A stretch of 64,000 nt of DNA from an uncultured Acidobacteriota bacterium (lineage in GTDB: Bacteria; Acidobacteriota; Thermoanaerobaculia; UBA5066; Gp7-AA6). The notes beneath the pieces are model-generated. The model was not told the origin of the DNA. It did no database searches and saw only the letters and a list, made by a program, of their open reading frames with translations. Positions within the stretch are counted from its first letter, which is position 1. Each line of letters starts with the position of its first letter. The stretch spans positions 506,905 through 570,904 of the forward strand of contig CAVZDB010000008.1 in NCBI GenBank assembly GCA_963773905.1. Direction: 5' to 3'. Of this stretch, positions 58,760 to 64,000 are shown one piece after another. The translations under genes were made by a program, and so were the position numbers.

Positions 58760-59936
58760 CAGAATCTGGCGAGCTGTCCGGTCCCCGCGAGCGAGATCCA
58801 GAAGTTGAGCCCGTCGCTGCACGCGAAGTAGGGGAGCGACGCGGTTCCCGTCGAGACGAAACCGAGCGGCCGCAGGTCCGCCGCGTTCCAGAACGAGATG
58901 GTGTCCGCGTTGGGGCTCGTGACGAGCACGCGCTGCCCGTCGAAGGCGACCGCGTTGCCGCCGGAGACGCCGTTGCCGGAGAGAGTCGCGGCGATCGTGC
59001 CGTCGCTCGCACGCACCACCGTGACGCCGTCGGGGTTGGGAACCCAGAGGTTCGCGCCGTCGAACGCGATGAACTGATTCGTGCCGGTGTGGACGTTCTG
59101 GATGACCGCACCGCTGGCGTCGAGCCGGAGGAGATCGCCGAGTGCGGGATCCGCGACCCAGACGCTCGTGCCGTCGAAGGTGATGCCGATGGGCAGGGAG
59201 AACCCGGTCGTGACCGTCGTGACCGGCCAGGGGGCGGACGAGGCCGGCGTGACGATCGCGACGGAGGACCCGCCGGGGACCACGGGGTTCGTGACCCAGA
59301 TCCGGGATCCGTCGAACGCGAGGTCGATCGGGTTGTTGCCAATGTCGGTCGCGACCGTCGTCACCGGGCCCGCGGGCTGGCCGGGATCGATCATGTAGAG
59401 AACGCCCGGAGTCGTCTGGGCGATCGCGCCTCCATTCGTGCCCGCGACGAAGATGCGTCCCATCGCGGCGAGGAGCCCGTAGCCGCCGGCGGCGCCGGTC
59501 CAGGTCTCGAGGAGCTTGCCGTCGCTCGCACGAACCCGATAGACCGTGCCGGAGCGAATTACCCAGAGGTCGGCGCCGTCGCTGACGACCTGGCGGATCC
59601 CCTCATCGAGGGAGGTGACGCCGAGCCCGAGGTCCCAGTGCGGCGTCGTCGTCCACCACTGGCCGAGCGCGGCGCGGCGGCTGTTGCGGGCGAGCGACTG
59701 GTTGAGCCCCTTCGCGATGAAAACCGCGCCCTGGCCGCGCGTCAGCGGGTCGTCCGGCGAGAAGGTCGTCGCGGAGGTCCCGGCGGTGATCCCGAGGTAG
59801 TAGAGCTCGAGGATGTACGGACAGAAGGCCGGCGTCACGTCGGTGAACGGCCCGCACTGGTCCTGCACGATCCGGGTCGCGCCGCCGGCGAGCACCGCGC
59901 AGAGCGCCGCCGCAACCAGAATCCACAACCGTTTCA
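58759..59936 (-). CDS. SLH + YVTN-like beta-propeller protein, paralog 2
   Basis: Same architecture; probable TTG start at 59936 ('LKRLWILVAAALCAVLAGG'). Its stop overlaps the paralog 1 start. Confidence 0.7.
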
Positions 59937-59938
59937 AC

Positions 59939-61081
59939 TCAGTACCTCGCGATCTGGCCGATGTTCGAAAGCGACAGCCAGAAGCCGTTTCCGTCGCTGC
60001 ACGCGATGAGCGGATGCGACGCGTCGCCCGTCGGAAAGCTGCCGAGCGCGGTGAAGTCCGCGGCCCGGAAGAGGGAGACGGCGTTGGCGTTGTAGCTGGT
60101 GACCAGCATGCGCGCTCCATCGAACGCGACGGAGGACGGGCTCTCCGGGAGGCCGGACAGCGTCGTCACGATTTCTCCCGTGGAGGCCCGCACGACGGTG
60201 ACGCTGTCGTCCAGCCAGTTCGGTACCCAGATGTTCTCGCCGTCGAAGGCGGGAAAGGACGCTCCGAGCCCGACCGGCACGGTCTGAAGGATGGCGCCGC
60301 TCGCATCCAGCCGAAGCAGCGTCCCGACTTGGTAGTCCGTGATCCAGATGTTGGTTCCGTCGAAGAGGACGCCCTCGGGCGTCGCGAACCCGGTCGTGAC
60401 GTTGGTGATCGCCCAGGGGATCGAGGGCCCGGGCGTGACGATCGAGACGGAGCCGCCGTTGTTCGCGACCCAGATCTTTGAGCCGTCGAACGTGATGCCC
60501 GCCGAGATGCCAAGGGCCGCCACGGTGGTGACCGGTCCCGGCGGCTGGCTCGGATCGATCATCATGAGCGGACCGACGCCGGAGGTCACGAAGACGCGGC
60601 CCATCGCGACGAGGACGCAGGTCGCGTTGTTGACGTTGGTCCAGGTGTCGAGGACCTTCCCGTCGGACGCACGTACCCGAGCCACCGTGCTGTCCGCCTG
60701 GTTCGCCACCCAGAGGTCCGCGCCGTCCGAGGCGATGCCGATGGGGTGTGTCCCGACCGTCACGACGCCGAGCCCGACGTCCCAGTGCGGCGTCGTCGTC
60801 CACCACTGCCCGAGCGCCGCGCGGCGCGAGGAGCGCGCGAGCGACTGGTTCAAGCCCTTCGCGATGAACACGGCGCCCTGGCCGCGCGTGAGCGGGTCAT
60901 CCGGCGAGAAGGTCGTCGCCGAGGTGCCGGCGGTGATGCCGAGGTAGTAGAGCTCGAGGATGTACGGGCAGAACGCCGGCGTCACATCGGTGAACGGGCC
61001 GCACTGGTCCTGCACGATCCGGGTCGCGCCGCCGGCGAAGACGGCGGCGAGGGCGAGAGGCAGGGCCAGGAGCTTCCTCAC
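59939..61081 (-). CDS. SLH + YVTN-like beta-propeller protein, paralog 3
   Basis: 'MRKLLALPLALAAVFAGGATRIVQDQCGPFTDVTPAFCPYILELYYLGITAG...' followed by propeller repeats. Confidence 0.75.
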   Translation of the reverse strand: MRKLLALPLALAAVFAGGATRIVQDQCGPFTDVTPAFCPYILELYYLGITAGTSATTFSPDDPLTRGQGAVFIAKGLNQSLARSSRRAALGQWWTTTPHWDVGLGVVTVGTHPIGIASDGADLWVANQADSTVARVRASDGKVLDTWTNVNNATCVLVAMGRVFVTSGVGPLMMIDPSQPPGPVTTVAALGISAGITFDGSKIWVANNGGSVSIVTPGPSIPWAITNVTTGFATPEGVLFDGTNIWITDYQVGTLLRLDASGAILQTVPVGLGASFPAFDGENIWVPNWLDDSVTVVRASTGEIVTTLSGLPESPSSVAFDGARMLVTSYNANAVSLFRAADFTALGSFPTGDASHPLIACSDGNGFWLSLSNIGQIARY

Positions 61082-61084
61082 GGG

Positions 61085-62266
61085 TCAAAAGCGGGCGAGC
61101 TCGCCGACGTCGCTCAGCGTCATCCAGAAGTTCAGCCCATCGCTGCACACGCCGAGCGGCGAGGTGTTCGTTCCGAGCGGCAAGGAGCCGAGCGGGCTCA
61201 GATCGGCGGCCTTCCAGAAGAAGGCGAGGTGATTGCTCTCGTCGGCGATCGCGATTCGCTCCCCGTCGAAGCCCGCGGCGATCGCGTAGCCGAGGCCGTC
61301 CTGGGTGAGGCTGGCAACGATCGAGCCATCTGAGGCGCGAACCACGTCGACACGGCTGTTCGCGTTGGGTACCCAGATGTTCGCCCCGTCGAACACGGGT
61401 GCGTTCGGATTTCCGTCCACGAAGACAGGCTGAACGACGTTGCCGCTCGAATCGAGCCTCAACAGGTATCCCGCGCCAGAGCTCGTCGCCCAGACGTCCG
61501 TGCCGTCGAACAGCAGCCCGCGGAGGCCGGGGTAGGTGCTGTCGACGTTGACGACGGTCCAGGGCGTCGTTGCGCCTGGCGTCACGATCGAGACGGAAGA
61601 GGATCCCGAGAATCCTCCGTAGTTCGCCGTCCAGATCCGTGAGCCGTCGAAGGCGACTGCGAATGGAGAGTCGCCGAGGTCGGTCGCGACGGCAACGACG
61701 TCGCCCGCGGGCAGGCTCGGATCGATCATGTAGAGCTTGCCGGGATTGCTCTGGCCGGTGACGAACACCCGACCCATTGCGATGAGCACTGCGGTCGCGT
61801 TGGTGGCGCCGGTCCACGTTTCCAGAAGCCTGCCATCGCTCGCGCGGACTCGCGAGACGGTTGCGCTGTCGATGTTGGCCACCCAGATGTCGGCTCCGTC
61901 CGAGGCGACTCCCGATGGCCTCGTACCGACGGCGGTCAGCGCGAGATTCGACGCCGACTTCGTCGTCCACCACTGCCCGAGCGCGGCGCGACGGCTGTTG
62001 CGCGCGAGCGACTGATTCAGCCCCTTCGCGATGAAGACCGCGCCCTGGCCGCGCGTGAGCGGATCGTCGGGCGAGAACGTCGTCGGCGAGGTGCCGGCGG
62101 TGATGCCGAGGTAGTAGAGCTCGAGGATGTACGGACAGAACGCCGGTGTCACGTCGGTGAACGGTCCGCACTGGTCCTGGACGATCTTGACGGCGCCTCC
62201 GGCGAGGACGGCGCAGATCACCACCGTGCCGAGAAGGAGGGGTCGAACCGAAGAGGTAACCCTCAT
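61085..62266 (-). CDS. SLH + YVTN-like beta-propeller protein, paralog 4
   Basis: Same N-terminal module and repeats. Upstream is TTGACA-N17-GCATAT plus GGAGG (62275-62330, minus strand). Confidence 0.75.
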   Translation of the reverse strand: MRVTSSVRPLLLGTVVICAVLAGGAVKIVQDQCGPFTDVTPAFCPYILELYYLGITAGTSPTTFSPDDPLTRGQGAVFIAKGLNQSLARNSRRAALGQWWTTKSASNLALTAVGTRPSGVASDGADIWVANIDSATVSRVRASDGRLLETWTGATNATAVLIAMGRVFVTGQSNPGKLYMIDPSLPAGDVVAVATDLGDSPFAVAFDGSRIWTANYGGFSGSSSVSIVTPGATTPWTVVNVDSTYPGLRGLLFDGTDVWATSSGAGYLLRLDSSGNVVQPVFVDGNPNAPVFDGANIWVPNANSRVDVVRASDGSIVASLTQDGLGYAIAAGFDGERIAIADESNHLAFFWKAADLSPLGSLPLGTNTSPLGVCSDGLNFWMTLSDVGELARF

Positions 62267-62337
62267 AGGCGTCCTCCCAGGAAGTTGGGAGGAGCATATG
62301 CCATTACAGCATAGAGCGTGTCAAGAAAAGAAGAACT

Positions 62338-63654
62338 TCAGGCGAACTCCCAGCGGCGGGCGACCCGGCGCGCGATCAGGAAGAAAAGGACGCCAAGCCC
62401 CGTCAGGACGAGCACTTGCGGCCAGATGTTCCACACCGGCTCGTCCCGCCAGAAGATCTTCTGGAAGCCGTCGAGCGCCCACGCGTTGATCGTGATCAAC
62501 CCGAACTTCTGCATCCCCTCCGGCATCAGGAACCGCGGGTAGAGGCTCCCCCCGAGGGCCGACATCACGAGGATCGAGAGGTTCGCCAGCGCGACGAGCT
62601 GCATGCGCGAGTGGCAGACCGAGGCCAGCATGAGACCGAAGGTCGAGGCGGCGATCGCGGTCGCGACCGTCATGATCAGGAATCCCGGGAAGTGCCCCGG
62701 GGTGAAGAGCTCGATCCCGAAGAGGAGCGCGCCCCACGTGAACATGAGCAGGAGCTGCACGATCCCGACGCCGGCCAGGTAGAGCAGCTTGCCGAGGAGG
62801 AGGCGCGTCATCGAGACGCGGGTCGCGAGGATGCGGTCGAGCGTGCCGCTCTCGGCCTCCTCGATGAGCGCGCCGCCCGCGCCCGTCGCGGAGAAGAGGA
62901 GGAACATCACGCCGAGCCCGGCCGCGTAGAAGGTCACGGTCGGGTTGCGCTTCTTCTCGCCCAGGATGTCGCGGACGTCCACGGCGACGATCCCTCCGCC
63001 GAAGCCGCCATTTGGTTCGGCGGAGCCGGACGCGGATGCGCCCGGACTCGTCCGGGGCGACGCGCTCGCGCGATCGAGCGCGCCCAGGACCGTCTCCATC
63101 CGCTCCTTCTGCTCCGGGGTCAGGCCGCCGCTCCAGCGGTCCACCTCGTCCATGCCGGTGCGCGCGAGCGACGCCGGCATCGCCGTGATCGCGACCTTCT
63201 GGATCAGGCCGAAGACGACCTGCGGCGCGATGGGGTCGGAGCTGTCGGACAGGAGCCTGAGCGCGAGCCGTTCCTTTCCCGGCCCGAACGCCAGCGGCCG
63301 CTCGCCGAAGCCCTTCGGGATGACGAGCGCGACGGGGACGTCGCCCTTCTTGACGGCCTGCTCCGCCGTGGCCGCCGTGTAGAGCGGACCGTTCGGGTCC
63401 TTCTCGTCGCCCGGCTTCATCCCGACCGAGAGGCCGGCCTCCGCCTTCAACCCCGAGACGAAGCGTCGCGACGTCGGCGACTGGTCTTCGTCCACGACGA
63501 CCAAACTGACCTTGCGCGTGGTCGAGCGGCCGCTGCCCGCGAAGATGCCCGCGAAGATCGAGAAGAAGGCGACGGGCAGGACGAAGGCCAGCACGAATGC
63601 CGCGCGGTCGCGGCGCAGGTTCATCAGCCGGTTCCAGGCGACGGCGAGGATCAT
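62338..63654 (-). CDS. ABC-2 family transporter permease
   Basis: N-terminal TM, a large extracytoplasmic loop, and five C-terminal TM helices typical of ABC-2 permeases. Confidence 0.8.
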   Translation of the reverse strand: MILAVAWNRLMNLRRDRAAFVLAFVLPVAFFSIFAGIFAGSGRSTTRKVSLVVVDEDQSPTSRRFVSGLKAEAGLSVGMKPGDEKDPNGPLYTAATAEQAVKKGDVPVALVIPKGFGERPLAFGPGKERLALRLLSDSSDPIAPQVVFGLIQKVAITAMPASLARTGMDEVDRWSGGLTPEQKERMETVLGALDRASASPRTSPGASASGSAEPNGGFGGGIVAVDVRDILGEKKRNPTVTFYAAGLGVMFLLFSATGAGGALIEEAESGTLDRILATRVSMTRLLLGKLLYLAGVGIVQLLLMFTWGALLFGIELFTPGHFPGFLIMTVATAIAASTFGLMLASVCHSRMQLVALANLSILVMSALGGSLYPRFLMPEGMQKFGLITINAWALDGFQKIFWRDEPVWNIWPQVLVLTGLGVLFFLIARRVARRWEFA

Positions 63655-64000
63655 TCGCGCAGCCCCCGTCCCGTCAGCTGGAGGAAGACCTGCTCGAGCG
63701 TCGCGCTCTTGAGCGTCAGGTCCCTCACCCCGACGTTGCCGGCGTGCAGCGTCTCCAGCAGCTGCCGGATCTGCGCCGCCGGATCCTCGACCGACGCCTG
63801 GATGCGGGCGCCGTCGCCCGGACCGTCGTCTTGGACCTTCGCCCCCGCGCGGCTGAGCCTCTCCTGGACTGCCTGGGGAACCGGCGAGATCGTGTCGATC
63901 GTGAGGGCCTGCTTGGCGCCCACCGTCTCCCGGATCAGCGCCTCGGTGGTGCCGAGCGCGATGATCCGGCCGTTGTCGATGATCGCGATGCGGTCGCAGA
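63651..64000 (-). CDS. ABC transporter ATP-binding protein, C-terminal part (5' end outside window)
   Basis: The reverse translation of the window end gives '...CDRIAIIDNGRIIALGTTEALIRETVGAKQ...'. Its stop overlaps the permease start (ATGA). Confidence 0.75.
   Translation of the reverse strand, partial: CDRIAIIDNGRIIALGTTEALIRETVGAKQALTIDTISPVPQAVQERLSRAGAKVQDDGPGDGARIQASVEDPAAQIRQLLETLHAGNVGVRDLTLKSATLEQVFLQLTGRGLRE

Overview
High-GC (~70%) bacterial chromosomal segment with about 45 protein-coding genes and one tRNA-Asp(GTC). No rRNA, CRISPR array, transposase or integrase is recognisable. The TonB-dependent receptor with an N-terminal carboxypeptidase-regulatory-like domain, the TolB-propeller/amidohydrolase fusion and the Ser/Thr kinase-beta-propeller fusions suggest an Acidobacteria/Gemmatimonadetes-like uncultured lineage (inference, low confidence). 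Content in order: TPR protein 3' end; a frameshifted M13 peptidase; an MscS channel; a CHASE-sensor Ser/Thr kinase; a compact biosynthetic locus (GT2 glycosyltransferase convergent with an NRPS-like A-PCP-TE whose thioesterase carries Cys in place of the nucleophilic Ser, preceded by an isochorismatase-aldehyde dehydrogenase fusion and an isopropylmalate/isocitrate-dehydrogenase-family gene); a Tat-exported DJ-1/PfpI-YHS protein; a heavily frameshifted M14 peptidase; a second MscS; a lipase-like lipoprotein; two small overlapping Cys-rich genes. A 2.8 kb islet bounded by tRNA-Asp and a direct repeat of its 3' end carries a beta-helix S-layer-homology (SLH) protein. Downstream follow a PKD/cupredoxin secreted protein, an SLH-DUF1800 plus DUF1501 pair, a second triple-SLH secreted protein, a TetR-Rieske oxygenase operon, frameshifted FAD-oxidoreductase and homocysteine methyltransferase genes with a DadA-like oxidase, and a 16 kb minus-strand unit (TolB-amidohydrolase, alpha/beta hydrolase, TonB-dependent receptor, three tandem Ser/Thr kinase-beta-propeller paralogs). 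Four tandem SLH-YVTN beta-propeller paralogs and ABC-2 transporter genes close the window. Many genes are interrupted by frameshifts, several at homopolymer runs, which points to localized indel errors or recent pseudogenization. Small repeats include a twin-hairpin REP-like element (2 copies), a (GATTTTG)4 microsatellite and a 23-bp tandem duplication at a gene 3' end.
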